64,000 bases of DNA from an uncultured Verrucomicrobiae bacterium (GCA_963836755.1 CAWIKF010000002.1:544001-608000), one strand, 5' to 3'; counted from the stretch's first letter, positions 19,860 through 30,262 are shown. Numbers and translations are program-made. The notes: a model not told the origin generated them from the letters alone.

Positions 19860-19944
19860 CGTCCTCCGCGAGTTTCATTTTTTAAAAATTTTCACCTTTG
19901 TTATTGTGTCGCTTTTAGCCGTGCCAGCTCCCGAAAATCCCGTC

Positions 19945-22239
19945 ATGGACACCGGGCAAATCCTTGCCGACATCTTGTGTGCAGGCGAATTGCGCATTCA
20001 TCTCATCGGCGTCGCCGGATCAGGAATGAGCGGCATTGCCGGCCTGCTCCTCGCGCTCGGGCATCACGTGAGCGGCTCCGATAAAGTGACGACCGTGGAA
20101 ATCGCGCGGCTGCAAAAACTCGGCTTGCAATTTTCGTGTCCTCACACCGCGACCGCTGTCGCCGATGCCGATCTCGTCATTTTTTCCTCGGCGATAAAAT
20201 CGGGAAATGTCGCTTACGATGAAGCGCAGCGGCTCGGCAAAATGATGGCGCGCCGCGCCGATGCGCTGGCGGCAGTGATGAATTGTAAAAAGGGAATCGT
20301 GGTCGCTGGCATGCATGGAAAAACGACCACTTCCTCGATGGCTGCGCACGTTCTGCGCGTCGGTGGATTGCAGCCGTCGCATTATGTCGGGGCCGAAATT
20401 CCGATCCTCGGCACGAACGCAAACTGGGATGGCGACGGCGAATACTTCGTGGCCGAGGGCGATGAAAGCGATGGAACGATCGCGCTTTATCATCCCGAGC
20501 ATTCGATCATTTTGAACATCGAGGAAGAGCATCTCGACTACTACGAAAACCTTGGCGCGATTGAATCGGTTTTCCGGCAATTGATCGAGCAGACGCGCGG
20601 AAATATCTTTTACTGCGCTGACGATGAAAACGCGACGCGCCTTTGTTCATCGGCATCACAAGGCATTTCATTCGGCGAGAGCCAGGCTGCCGATTATCGA
20701 TTCCAGGTGGTTCTTTCGCGCTCGTTTCGCTCGCAGTTCAAAGTTTTCCATCGCGGAAAATGGCTGGGCGATTTCACGCTGAACGTTCCTGGCCGGCACA
20801 ATGTTTCCAATGCAACTGGCGTCATCGCGCTCGCGACGGAGCTTGGTGTGAGCCCGGAAAAAATTGCGGAGGCGTTCGAGAATTTTCGCGGCGCAAAGCG
20901 ACGTTTTGAAATGAAATATCGCAGCGACAACTTCATGGTGGTGGACGATTACGGCCATCATCCCAGCGAGATCGCCGTGACGCTCGCGACGGCGCGCGCG
21001 GTGGGAAGCAAGCGCATCTTCGTCATGTTTCAGCCGCACCGTTTTTCGCGCACACAGGCGTTGGCCGAAGAATTTGGCCGCGCGTTTGAAAACGCCGATC
21101 GGGTTTTTGTCGCGGACATTTATGCGGCCAGCGAAAAACCGATCGCCGGCGTGAGCGGACAAACCATCGTCGATGCAATGGCGCGCACTGGTCACGTTGG
21201 CGGCGGATTCATCGCGGATCGGAAAAAAATTCCGTTCGCGGTCGGGCCGTTGTTGCAGTCGGGCGATTTGATTTTGAGCCTTGGCGCAGGCGACATCCAT
21301 GAGCAGGGAACGCAACTCGCGCACGATCTCGCGCGACTCGAGGAACTCCAAGGCGTGATGGGCGGCGGCGTCGCTCGCCTTTACGAGCCGCTCTCAAAGC
21401 ACACGACGCTGAGAGTCGGCGGTCCGGCGCAATACTGGCTCGAGCCGGAGAGCGAACGCGGCTTTGCGCAGCTTGTTAAACACTGCTTCACAAACCAAAT
21501 TCCGCTGTTCGTGCTCGGCCGCGGATCAAACTTGCTCGTGCGCGACGGCGGCATGCGTGGCGTGGTCGCGCATCTCGCGCGCGGAGAATTCAAAAACCTC
21601 GAAGTCTCGGGAAACCGCATCACTGCTGGCGTCGGAGTGAAATTGAAAGAAGTTGCCTATGCGGCGCGGGACGCCGAAATTGGCGGGTTCGAATGGATGG
21701 AAGGCATTCCCGGAAATGTCGGCGGCGGCCTTCGGATGAACGCGGGCGCGATGGGCGGAGAGACGTTTGACGATGTGGTGAGCGTGCGCTTTGTCGATCA
21801 AAACGGCGAGTTTCATACCAAAGCGACAGCGGAGCTGGATGTTCAATACCGGCACGTTTCTTCGCTCCAGAAAAACTTTGCAGTCTCCGCTACATTTGAG
21901 GGCCGAAAATCTGAGCGAGCGTTAATCGAAAAGCGGCTTGACGAATCCATGTTGAAGCGGCGCGCGACGCAGCCGAAGGAATCGAGCGCTGGCTGCATTT
22001 TCAAAAATCCAAAAACGATTCCGGCGGGAAAGCTTGTGGATGAACTCGGCTTGAAAAATACGAATATTGGCGCCGCGCGAGTTTCGGAAATTCACGGGAA
22101 TTTTATCGTGAACGATGGCGGCGCGTCCGCGAACGAGGTGCTGGCGTTGATTGAAAAAATAAAAGCGGCAGCGCGTGAGCAGCGCGGAATCGAGTTGGAA
22201 ACCGAAGTCCAAATTATCGGCGAGGAGCAGTGGTCATGA
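19945..22239 (+). CDS. murC/murB: Bifunctional MurC-MurB fusion (L-Ala ligase + UDP-GlcNAc-enolpyruvate reductase)
   Basis: N-part: GSGMSG, AGMHGKTTT, EGDESDG, DDYGHHP, QPHRFSR. C-part: HTTLRVGGPA, LGRGSNLL, GIPGNVGG..MNAGA, SAGCIFKNP, HGNFIVN. One uninterrupted frame. Confidence 0.95.
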   Translation: MDTGQILADILCAGELRIHLIGVAGSGMSGIAGLLLALGHHVSGSDKVTTVEIARLQKLGLQFSCPHTATAVADADLVIFSSAIKSGNVAYDEAQRLGKMMARRADALAAVMNCKKGIVVAGMHGKTTTSSMAAHVLRVGGLQPSHYVGAEIPILGTNANWDGDGEYFVAEGDESDGTIALYHPEHSIILNIEEEHLDYYENLGAIESVFRQLIEQTRGNIFYCADDENATRLCSSASQGISFGESQAADYRFQVVLSRSFRSQFKVFHRGKWLGDFTLNVPGRHNVSNATGVIALATELGVSPEKIAEAFENFRGAKRRFEMKYRSDNFMVVDDYGHHPSEIAVTLATARAVGSKRIFVMFQPHRFSRTQALAEEFGRAFENADRVFVADIYAASEKPIAGVSGQTIVDAMARTGHVGGGFIADRKKIPFAVGPLLQSGDLILSLGAGDIHEQGTQLAHDLARLEELQGVMGGGVARLYEPLSKHTTLRVGGPAQYWLEPESERGFAQLVKHCFTNQIPLFVLGRGSNLLVRDGGMRGVVAHLARGEFKNLEVSGNRITAGVGVKLKEVAYAARDAEIGGFEWMEGIPGNVGGGLRMNAGAMGGETFDDVVSVRFVDQNGEFHTKATAELDVQYRHVSSLQKNFAVSATFEGRKSERALIEKRLDESMLKRRATQPKESSAGCIFKNPKTIPAGKLVDELGLKNTNIGAARVSEIHGNFIVNDGGASANEVLALIEKIKAAAREQRGIELETEVQIIGEEQWS

Positions 22240-23159
22240 GCCTTTCCGGAAAACGCGTAGTGCTTTTAAAAGGTGGCCCCGGCTCCGAGCGCGATGTTTC
22301 GCTTGCATCGGGAGCTGGCGTCGCGAAAGCGTTGCGCGGACGCGGCGCCGAGGTAGTTGAGGTCGATGTCCGCGAGCGAAATTTCTCGCTGCCGGATGAG
22401 TTCGACATTGTGTTCAACATTATCCACGGGACGTTTGGCGAGGATGGGGAATTGCAGCGGATACTCGATGCGCGCGGCGCGGTTTACACCGGCGAAGGCG
22501 AGGAGGGAAGCCGCCTCGCCTTCGACAAAATTCTCACGAAAAAACGGTTTGTTGAATATGGTGTTTCGACTGCGGAATTTGAGGTGATTCACGTCGGCTC
22601 GCAGCCACAAATGGCGCTTCCATTCGTGTTGAAGGCGCCGCGACAGGGATCGAGCGTGGGTGTTTCAATTGTTAAAAAACCCGAACAGCTCGAGGCGGCG
22701 TTGCGTGACGTGGCGCAATACGACGAGACGCTGCTGGTGGAAAAATTTCTGACGGGCAAAGAGTTGACCGTTGGCGTTCTCGGCGACGAGGCGCTGCCGA
22801 TCATTGAGATTTTGCCGCAGAAGGATTTTTACAATTTCAAAAACAAGTATCCGTTTTTGAATCCGGGCGCGGGCGGTGGCGCGACGCATCTTTGCCCGGC
22901 GCCGCTCGATGAGGCGACGACGAAGCGCGTGCAGAAAATCGCGCTCGCGGCGCATCGCGCGCTCGGGCTGGAAGTTTATTCGCGCGTCGATTTTGTGCTT
23001 GGCGAAGATGGCGCGGCGTTTGTGCTCGAGATCAACACGATCCCAGGCATGACCGAGGCGAGCTTGTTGCCGGAAGCAGCAGCGGCGGCGGGCATCGGTT
23101 ACGGCGAATTGTGCGAGCGGATCATCGAGCTGTCGCTTGCGAAAAGGAGGCCGCGTTGA
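22236..23159 (+). CDS. ddl: D-alanine--D-alanine ligase
   Basis: GGPGSERDVSLASG, HGTFGEDG, GSSVG, LEINTIPGMTEASLLP. Confidence 0.96.
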   Translation: MSLSGKRVVLLKGGPGSERDVSLASGAGVAKALRGRGAEVVEVDVRERNFSLPDEFDIVFNIIHGTFGEDGELQRILDARGAVYTGEGEEGSRLAFDKILTKKRFVEYGVSTAEFEVIHVGSQPQMALPFVLKAPRQGSSVGVSIVKKPEQLEAALRDVAQYDETLLVEKFLTGKELTVGVLGDEALPIIEILPQKDFYNFKNKYPFLNPGAGGGATHLCPAPLDEATTKRVQKIALAAHRALGLEVYSRVDFVLGEDGAAFVLEINTIPGMTEASLLPEAAAAAGIGYGELCERIIELSLAKRRPR

Positions 23160-24244
23160 AAGCACGAGCCACTGTCGGAAATCAGCGCGCATCCTCACGC
23201 AAGCAGCGCAAGCAGCAGCATTTGCTCGACGTCAAAGTTCGTTCGCGCAAGGCGGCGCAGCAGCGCAATCGGCGCGCCGTGGTCTGGTTCTGCTGGCTGG
23301 TGCTCGTCGCGGGCGTCATTGGCGGAGCGGCAGTCGGCGCGCGCGAAGGACTGAGGCGATTTTTTTGGCAAAACCCGGATTACAATTTGGCTGAAATTGA
23401 AATCAAAGACGACGGCCCGCTGGCGCGCGAGCAAGTGCTGGCCGCAACGGGATTGCGCGAAGGCGTGAATATTTTCTCCATCGACATCGCGCAAATGCGC
23501 GCTTCGCTGATGGCGATGCCGCAGGTGGAGCATGCCGAAGTCGAGCGCGTGCTGCCGGGCAAAATCACGATCGACATCTCCGAGCGCAAACCGGTGGCGT
23601 GGGTCGCCGCGCGAAATCATGAAGATCCGACGACGGATCGGAAGTCGTTCCTGGTCGATCGCAAGGGCGTGCTGATGCGCACGGGGAGCAACGTGACGGA
23701 GTATTTTCACCTGCCGGTGATTCACGGATTGCCGACGGATAATTTTGACCCGGGCGAGACTGTCGGCACACCGGAGATGAAGGCAGCGCTCGACCTGATC
23801 CGGCTGACCGCAGAGAATCCGGCGCGTTTTCAGGTGTATAGCATTGATTTATCACTTGGTTATTGCATGGTTGTCACCGATCAACGGCGGTCGCGAATCA
23901 CTTTTGGGCTCGAGCATGTGGATGCGCAGCTTGAGCGGCTCAATGTTTTACTCGATTACATCGAAAAAAATGGGCGCGAAATTCAGACGGCGAATCTGCT
24001 GGTGCAGCGGAATGTGCCGGTGACTTTTGCGCAACAGCCAGATCCAAATGCGGCGATCGATGAAGCGGATGCGACGCCCACGCCGTCGCCCATTGCGACT
24101 CCATCCGAGCATGTGAAAAAGCCACTTGCAAAATCTTCCGCAACGCCGAAAGCGAATCACGCTAAAAAGAAAACTTCGGCTCCCACTCCGGTGCGCAGGG
24201 CGCTGCCGGTGGAGTCGCACAGGACATCGCGCAGCAATGGGTAA
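23156..24244 (+). CDS. ftsQ: Cell division protein FtsQ/DivIB with low-complexity C-tail
   Basis: Basic N-terminus, TM, POTRA-like region (PQVEHAEVERVLPGKITIDISERKP); lies between ddl and ftsA. TTG start tentative. Confidence 0.85.
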   Translation: MKARATVGNQRASSRKQRKQQHLLDVKVRSRKAAQQRNRRAVVWFCWLVLVAGVIGGAAVGAREGLRRFFWQNPDYNLAEIEIKDDGPLAREQVLAATGLREGVNIFSIDIAQMRASLMAMPQVEHAEVERVLPGKITIDISERKPVAWVAARNHEDPTTDRKSFLVDRKGVLMRTGSNVTEYFHLPVIHGLPTDNFDPGETVGTPEMKAALDLIRLTAENPARFQVYSIDLSLGYCMVVTDQRRSRITFGLEHVDAQLERLNVLLDYIEKNGREIQTANLLVQRNVPVTFAQQPDPNAAIDEADATPTPSPIATPSEHVKKPLAKSSATPKANHAKKKTSAPTPVRRALPVESHRTSRSNG

Positions 24245-25451
24245 AGATTCCATCATCGTCGGACTCGAGATCGGCACGTCGAAAATTTGCGTGGTCGTCG
24301 GCGAATCGAAACCCGACGGCTCGATCAAAATTCTTGGCGTCGGCCTCGCGCCATCGCGCGGTGTCCGCAAAGGCGAAATCGTCGATTTTGAAACGGCGCA
24401 AAAATGCGTGCACGAGGCACTGGTCGATGCGGAAGAAAAAAGCGACGTGATGATTCAAAGCGTGTTTGTCGGCATCACCGGATCGCACATCGGCAGCTTC
24501 AATAATCGCGGCGTCGTGCAGGTGCCCGAAGACCAGGAGGAGATCATGGACTTTGATTGCGAGAACGTTCGCGGGGCGGCGCGCGAGGTCAGCATTCCGT
24601 CGCAGAACGCATTCATCCATTCGATTTTGCAGCATTATTATGTCGATGGTCAGGACGGCGTGCTCAGCCCGGTCGGCATGATCGGCTCCAAGCTCGAAGC
24701 CGATTTTCATATCATTCACGGCATCGGCAATCGGATCAAAAATACAATCCGCTGCGTGCGCGAAATTCCGCTTGAGGTCGAGGATGTCGTGTTCAATCCG
24801 CTCGCTGCGGCGCAGGTGGTTTTAAATCAAAATCACAAAAATCTCGGCGCGCTCGTCGTGGACATTGGCGGCGGCACGGCTGACTTTTTGGTCTACGTCG
24901 ATGGCGCGGTAAAACAAAGCGGCGTCCTCGCGATCGGCGGCGATCACATCACGAACGACATCTCAATGGGCCTGCGCATCCCAATGGCGCGCGCGGAAAA
25001 ATTGAAGGTCGAGGAGGGAAGCGTGATCCTCGGCAATTCACTGCCTGGCGAGACAATTTCGCTGAAAGACGACCACGGATTTGCCGGCAAGGAAATCGAG
25101 CGCGAGACGCTCAACACGATCATTCATCTGCGCGTGCGCGAGCTTTTTGAACTGCTGAAACGCACGCTGCTCCAGCACGAAAATTACCTCGATTATCTCG
25201 GCGCCGGCGTCTTCCTCACCGGCGGCACGAGCCAGCTCAAAGGCATCGACCACCTGGTCGGCGAGCTTTTTGAATTGCCCGTGCACATCACGCACGCGCA
25301 GACGATGTCGGGCCTGACATCGGCGTTCGAGAACCCGCAATTTTCCACCGCCATCGGGCTCATTAAATACGCGCAAGCCGTGCAGATGGACAAGCCGTCG
25401 GGATGGCTCTCGCGCATAAAAAAAAAATTGCCGCTCTTTGGGCGGCGCTGA
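24237..25451 (+). CDS. ftsA: Cell division protein FtsA
   Basis: GLEIGTSKIC, VDIGGGT, GGDHITNDI, LTGGTSQLKG, C-terminal amphipathic helix WLSRIKKKLPLF. Confidence 0.96.
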   Translation: MGKDSIIVGLEIGTSKICVVVGESKPDGSIKILGVGLAPSRGVRKGEIVDFETAQKCVHEALVDAEEKSDVMIQSVFVGITGSHIGSFNNRGVVQVPEDQEEIMDFDCENVRGAAREVSIPSQNAFIHSILQHYYVDGQDGVLSPVGMIGSKLEADFHIIHGIGNRIKNTIRCVREIPLEVEDVVFNPLAAAQVVLNQNHKNLGALVVDIGGGTADFLVYVDGAVKQSGVLAIGGDHITNDISMGLRIPMARAEKLKVEEGSVILGNSLPGETISLKDDHGFAGKEIERETLNTIIHLRVRELFELLKRTLLQHENYLDYLGAGVFLTGGTSQLKGIDHLVGELFELPVHITHAQTMSGLTSAFENPQFSTAIGLIKYAQAVQMDKPSGWLSRIKKKLPLFGRR

Positions 25452-25487
25452 CGCATTTCGTGAAACCGCGCAAACACTGAACATCCC

Positions 25488-26804
25488 ATGATCGAACTCA
25501 ATCGCCATTATCATCTCGTGCCGCAAACCAATGATTCGGTGAAAATCAAAATCATCGGCCTCGGCGGCGCGGGCTCAAACGCGCTCGACCGCATCGTGCT
25601 GGACGGCGTGGAAAATGCCGAGCTCGTCGCGATGAATACCGATGTGCAATCGCTGACGAGTTCTGTCGCTAACGAAAAAGTGCAGCTCGGTCGCGAGGCT
25701 ACGCGCGGGCTGGGCGCGGGCGGTGATCCGGAAATCGGCTGCGCTGCGGCGGAGGAAGCCCTCGATGAAATCCGCGCCGTGCTGGAAAATTCCGCGATGA
25801 TTTTTCTCTGCGTCGGCCTCGGCGGAGGCACCGGCTCCGGCGCAGGACCGCTCGTCGCGAGTCTCGCGAAGGAGCAGGGCGCGCTCGTCGTCATATTCGC
25901 GACGATGCCGTTTGGTTTTGAAGGAAAGCGGCGCGCGGCGCAGGCGCAGGAAGCGCTCTTTGCGCTGCAGGCCGCGGCGGATGCGGTGATTTGTTTCGAG
26001 AATGACACGATGGGCGATGCCGTCCCGCCGAAAGCCGGCATTCATCAGGCGTTCGCCGCGGCGGATGAGACGATCAGCCAAAGTGTCCGCGCGATTTCGC
26101 AACTTTTCGCGCGGCCGGGAATTTTGCACATCGGCTTCGGCGATTTGCGCGCGGCGCTCGCGCGTCAAAACCCGCGCTGCCTTTTTGGTTTCGGCGAAGC
26201 CGATGGCGACAACCGAGCGCACGATGCGCTTGCGCGCGCGTTGAAAAATCCGCTGATGAATCGCGGGCAGATGCTCGCGGAAGCGCAAAGCATCCTCGTC
26301 AACGTTGCCGGCGGACCAAACATGACGTTAAACGAAGTTCAAATCCTGATGGACGAATTGGGCAGGCATATCGGCGACGATGCACAAATCTTGTTCGGCA
26401 CCGCGGTCGATCCGAGAATGGGCAACACGATCAGCGTCACGCTTATTTCCTCGCTCGAAGCTGACGCCGCACCGCCGGTAGCAGCGCCGACGCGCAGCCG
26501 TTCGCGCCCGGAAGTCGCTGTCGAGCTCGAGGAGCCGGAGGAAATTATCGAGCCGACTGAAGAGCCCGTTGCTATCGAACCGGCGCCTGCTCAAAAACCG
26601 AAATCGCGACCAAAACCTGCACCTGCAAAAACGTCCGAAGCAACGCCAGAACTCACGCCCGCGGCTCGCGCGGAAGCGAAGCAGGAAACTCTGCAATTTG
26701 AGGCAATCACGCGCGGCCGTTTTGAAAAAAGCGAGCCGACGATTGTCGATGGCCAGGACTTGGATGTTCCAACTTTTCTCCGCAGGAACGTCAGAGTGAA
26801 ATAA
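25488..26804 (+). CDS. ftsZ: Cell division GTPase FtsZ (divergent T7 loop)
   Basis: GLGGAGSNA, NTD, GLGAGGDP, GGGTGSG, PFGFEG; C-terminal peptide DLDVPTFLRR. Confidence 0.95.
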   Translation: MIELNRHYHLVPQTNDSVKIKIIGLGGAGSNALDRIVLDGVENAELVAMNTDVQSLTSSVANEKVQLGREATRGLGAGGDPEIGCAAAEEALDEIRAVLENSAMIFLCVGLGGGTGSGAGPLVASLAKEQGALVVIFATMPFGFEGKRRAAQAQEALFALQAAADAVICFENDTMGDAVPPKAGIHQAFAAADETISQSVRAISQLFARPGILHIGFGDLRAALARQNPRCLFGFGEADGDNRAHDALARALKNPLMNRGQMLAEAQSILVNVAGGPNMTLNEVQILMDELGRHIGDDAQILFGTAVDPRMGNTISVTLISSLEADAAPPVAAPTRSRSRPEVAVELEEPEEIIEPTEEPVAIEPAPAQKPKSRPKPAPAKTSEATPELTPAARAEAKQETLQFEAITRGRFEKSEPTIVDGQDLDVPTFLRRNVRVK

Positions 26805-26805
26805 T

Positions 26806-27921
26806 TTACGCCGACGGCGATTTCTCGACGATCAGGCCCGAAGCCTGTTGATTCCAGCCCGCGCAGGAAACGAGCACGTGCTCGAGTTTTCGGTCTGCTA
26901 ACGCTTCAGGGACGCTCGTGAGCGGCGGCAGCGCATCTGATTTCAGCGCGAGCGCAGCGAGAATCGTTTGCCAGATCCCGCCCGACCCAATCGCGCAACC
27001 AAGTGCCGGCGCGGAAGAATAAACCGGTGTCTGCGGAAAAAACTTCGTGACCGAATCACGCTCCGCGCGATCCAAAAAAGTTCCATTCGCGCAACCGATC
27101 ACCGCGTTCACGCAATGTCCGTGCGCAAGATCAGCATGCACTTTGTTTAACGCAGCGGTTGCGTCTGTTTGTTTAAAAAAAGTTTGCCCCGCATGGATTT
27201 TCGGCAGTTTAAAAATTCCTTCGCGCCCGAGCACCAGTGCGCCCGCGCCTTCCGCGAGCAGCGTGCCTCGTGGCTTTCGCGCGTTCAATGCGATAGTCGG
27301 CTTCGCGCTCGTCAACCGCCACTCGCGATATGCCTCGCACAGCACCCAATCGATTTCTTCCGCGCCGACGACGACACACCGCTCCACGTCCGTCGTTTCC
27401 AATAATTGCTCCGCAAATTTGATCGCGCTGATGCCGACCGAGCCGTCGCCGACGATCGTGTAGCTCATTCCGTTGCTCCCGAGCAGCGCCGCGAGATGGC
27501 TGGCTGGCGCATTGTAAACCGTCTCCGGAAACAACAGCGGGCTCGCCGCGTTCGCGCCTTGCTTGACGATCTGATCGTAAAATTTCCGCGTGTAAATGAC
27601 GCCTCCGCTCGCAATTGCAAACACCACCGCAGTTGTTTCCGCAGCGTCGGGCGTGATTTCAACTCCCGCATTTTCCAGCGCCGCCAAACCCGCCGCGGCG
27701 GCAAAGCACGAAATATTGCTCGAGCGCCGCAGCCGCGGATTGTGTCCGATTTTTTCGACGAGCGTCGGCGGCACTGCAAAATAGAAATGCTTTCGCGGCG
27801 AATCCGCGCAGCTGATCTCGCGCGGGTCGGCGGACTCGCCGCTCATCAGCCGCTGCCAGACCTCATCGAGTCCGGCGCCGAGCGGCGTGACCCAGGCCAT
27901 GCCTTGAATGTGCGCGCTCAT
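26806..27921 (-). CDS. Non-catalytic ketosynthase-like (chain-length-factor-like) protein
   Basis: SPLLFPETVYNAPASHLA; active-site Cys replaced (VGDGSVG); His motif replaced by CANGT; start overlaps the KS stop. Confidence 0.75.
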   Translation of the reverse strand: MSAHIQGMAWVTPLGAGLDEVWQRLMSGESADPREISCADSPRKHFYFAVPPTLVEKIGHNPRLRRSSNISCFAAAAGLAALENAGVEITPDAAETTAVVFAIASGGVIYTRKFYDQIVKQGANAASPLLFPETVYNAPASHLAALLGSNGMSYTIVGDGSVGISAIKFAEQLLETTDVERCVVVGAEEIDWVLCEAYREWRLTSAKPTIALNARKPRGTLLAEGAGALVLGREGIFKLPKIHAGQTFFKQTDATAALNKVHADLAHGHCVNAVIGCANGTFLDRAERDSVTKFFPQTPVYSSAPALGCAIGSGGIWQTILAALALKSDALPPLTSVPEALADRKLEHVLVSCAGWNQQASGLIVEKSPSA

Positions 27922-29117
27922 CTTTCCAGGACGATTGATGCGTTCGTGCCGCCGAAGCCGAACGAGTTTGAAAGGACGCATTCCAGCGCGGCAGGACGCG
28001 ATTCGTTGGCGACAATGTTTAAATCCCAAGCGGGATCGCACTCGCGAAAGTGGATGTTCGGCGGCAAAAATTGATGCTGCAGCGCGAGCAGCGAAAACAC
28101 AGCTTCGACGGCGCCCGCCGCGCCCAGTGAATGTCCCATCATCGACTTTGTCGAACTGACCGGAACTTTGTTTCCAAAGATTTGCGAGATGGCCGCGCCC
28201 TCGGTCGCATCGTTGAAAATCGTCGCCGTTCCATGCGCATTGATGTAGTCCACCGCGCCGGAATTTTTGCGCGCCGATGCGAGCGCGCGTTCCATCGCCT
28301 GGCGCGGTCCGATGCCGGACGGATGCGGTTGCGTGAGGTGATGATTGTCGGTGGAAATTCCGTAGCCGGTGACCTTCGCCAAAATCTTCGCACCTCGCGA
28401 AGCGGCATGGTCAAAGGATTCCAGGGCGATCAGCGCCGCGCCTTCGCCCAGCACGAGGCCGCTTCGTGCCTTGTCGAACGGACGGATTTTCTCCGGCGTC
28501 GCGGCTTGCAGAGAATCGAACCCGACAAAAACCAATTCCGAAATCGTATCGTAGCCGCCGCACAAAACACGGTCAAATTTTCCGCTGCGCACGAGGGAAA
28601 AGGCATGCCCGATCGCATTCGTGCCCGATGCGCAGGCGTTTGCGATGATTTGCGCCGGCACTGAAAATCCCGCGCTTTCCTGCGCGTCGAGCACCGGCTT
28701 TTGCGGATTGTAATTTGCCAGCCACGCGGCATGTGACGGCGTATTTTTTTGCACAAGAAGCGAGCGGTAAAATGCCTCGCCAAAAGTCATGCCGCCGCTC
28801 GTCGTGCCAATAACCATCAGCTCCGGCGCCAAGTCGGGATCCTGCTGCGTGAGCTCCCGCATGCACGCGATCATCATCCTGCTCGCACGGTGCAGACGCT
28901 TTTGTTTTCGCGTCTCCGCGAACGGAGCCAGCCAATCATCGGGGACTTGTCCGGCTGTGGAAGATTTGCATTTGCTCACATCGAATCGCGTGACGGGCGA
29001 CACGCAATCGCGCTGCGAGCGCAACGCTTCGGCCGTTTCCGCGAGGCCGCAGCCGAGTGGGCTGATGACGCCGGCTGCGACGATGGCGACTTCGCGGCTG
29101 GCGGATTTTTGAGGCAT
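27918..29117 (-). CDS. Beta-ketoacyl-ACP synthase (FabF-like)
   Basis: ANACASG (Cys), RPFD..GEGAA, NAHGTAT, STKSMMGHSLGAAG, SNSFGFGGTN. Confidence 0.92.
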   Translation of the reverse strand: MPQKSASREVAIVAAGVISPLGCGLAETAEALRSQRDCVSPVTRFDVSKCKSSTAGQVPDDWLAPFAETRKQKRLHRASRMMIACMRELTQQDPDLAPELMVIGTTSGGMTFGEAFYRSLLVQKNTPSHAAWLANYNPQKPVLDAQESAGFSVPAQIIANACASGTNAIGHAFSLVRSGKFDRVLCGGYDTISELVFVGFDSLQAATPEKIRPFDKARSGLVLGEGAALIALESFDHAASRGAKILAKVTGYGISTDNHHLTQPHPSGIGPRQAMERALASARKNSGAVDYINAHGTATIFNDATEGAAISQIFGNKVPVSSTKSMMGHSLGAAGAVEAVFSLLALQHQFLPPNIHFRECDPAWDLNIVANESRPAALECVLSNSFGFGGTNASIVLER

Positions 29118-29137
29118 CGGGCAAAAGTTATTCGCAG

Positions 29138-30262
29138 ATGAATGTTTCCAAAATCGAAAATTTGTTCGCGGAAAACTTTTCGCAACGCGGCGAGCTCGGC
29201 GCAGCGGTTTCGATCTGGCAGAATGGGCGCGAAATTCTTTCGCTCGCGCACGGCTGGCGTGACCGGCAAAAAGCGGAGCCGTGGACTGAGCGGACGGCGG
29301 TTCTGATTTATTCGGTGACAAAGTCGCTCGCCGCCGCATGCGTCTGGCATTGCATGGAAAAGCGAGCGATCTCGCTACGCGCGCGGGTCGCGGAAATCTG
29401 GCCGGAATTTGGCGCGGCCGGGAAAGAAACGATCACGCTCGGCGACGTGCTTTCGCACCAAGCCGGGCTCGCGGCGCTCGATCGGGAAGTTTCGATTTTT
29501 GATCACGACGCGGTGGCCGCGGAGCTGACGCAGCAGCGGCCCTTGTGGCGCGGCGGGCACGGCTATCATCCGCGCACGTATGGATTTTTACTCGACGAAA
29601 TCGTGCATCGAATCAGCGGAATAACGCTGGGCGAGTATTGGCAGCGCGAGTTTGCGGAGCCGCTCCGTCTTGAGACGTGGATCGGCCTGCCATCAGGGCT
29701 GGAGGTCGAAACTGCCACGATGAATGCAGCGAGGGTCGCACCGGCGGACGATGCTTTTCTGCAACAATTTGCGGATCCAGAATCGCTGACGCACAAGGCG
29801 TTTGGCTCGCCGCGCGGTTTGCACAGCGTTGCGTCGATGAACACGCCGGAAGCTCGCGAGGCGTCTTTTCCAGCGTTCGGCGGGATCAGCACTGGTCGCT
29901 CGCTCGGAAAGTTTTTTGGGATGCTGGCGAATGGCGGTGAAATGGATGGCGCGCGTTATTTTTCCACAGAAACCATCGCGCAAATGTCGGAAACGTTGAC
30001 GACCGGCTACGACAAAGTTTTGCGTTTGATGACGGCGTTTTCCGCCGGCTTCATGAAAGATCCGGTCGATGCGGATGGCGTCAAACTTCGCGCGTCGTTT
30101 GGACCTTCGTTGCGCGCCTTTGGGCAGCCGGGCGCGGGCGGGAGCATCGGTTTTGCCGATCCGGAAAACGGAATCGGCTTCGCTTATGTCATGAATCAGA
30201 TGGAGCCGGGCGTGCTGGCGAATGCGAAGTCGCTGCGGCTGATCGAGGCGATGTATGCGTGA
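29138..30262 (+). CDS. Serine hydrolase, beta-lactamase/EstA family
   Basis: YSVTK (SxxK), LSHQAGL, GYHPRTYG, FGQPGAGGS, ADPENGIGFAYVMN. Confidence 0.9.
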   Translation: MNVSKIENLFAENFSQRGELGAAVSIWQNGREILSLAHGWRDRQKAEPWTERTAVLIYSVTKSLAAACVWHCMEKRAISLRARVAEIWPEFGAAGKETITLGDVLSHQAGLAALDREVSIFDHDAVAAELTQQRPLWRGGHGYHPRTYGFLLDEIVHRISGITLGEYWQREFAEPLRLETWIGLPSGLEVETATMNAARVAPADDAFLQQFADPESLTHKAFGSPRGLHSVASMNTPEAREASFPAFGGISTGRSLGKFFGMLANGGEMDGARYFSTETIAQMSETLTTGYDKVLRLMTAFSAGFMKDPVDADGVKLRASFGPSLRAFGQPGAGGSIGFADPENGIGFAYVMNQMEPGVLANAKSLRLIEAMYA

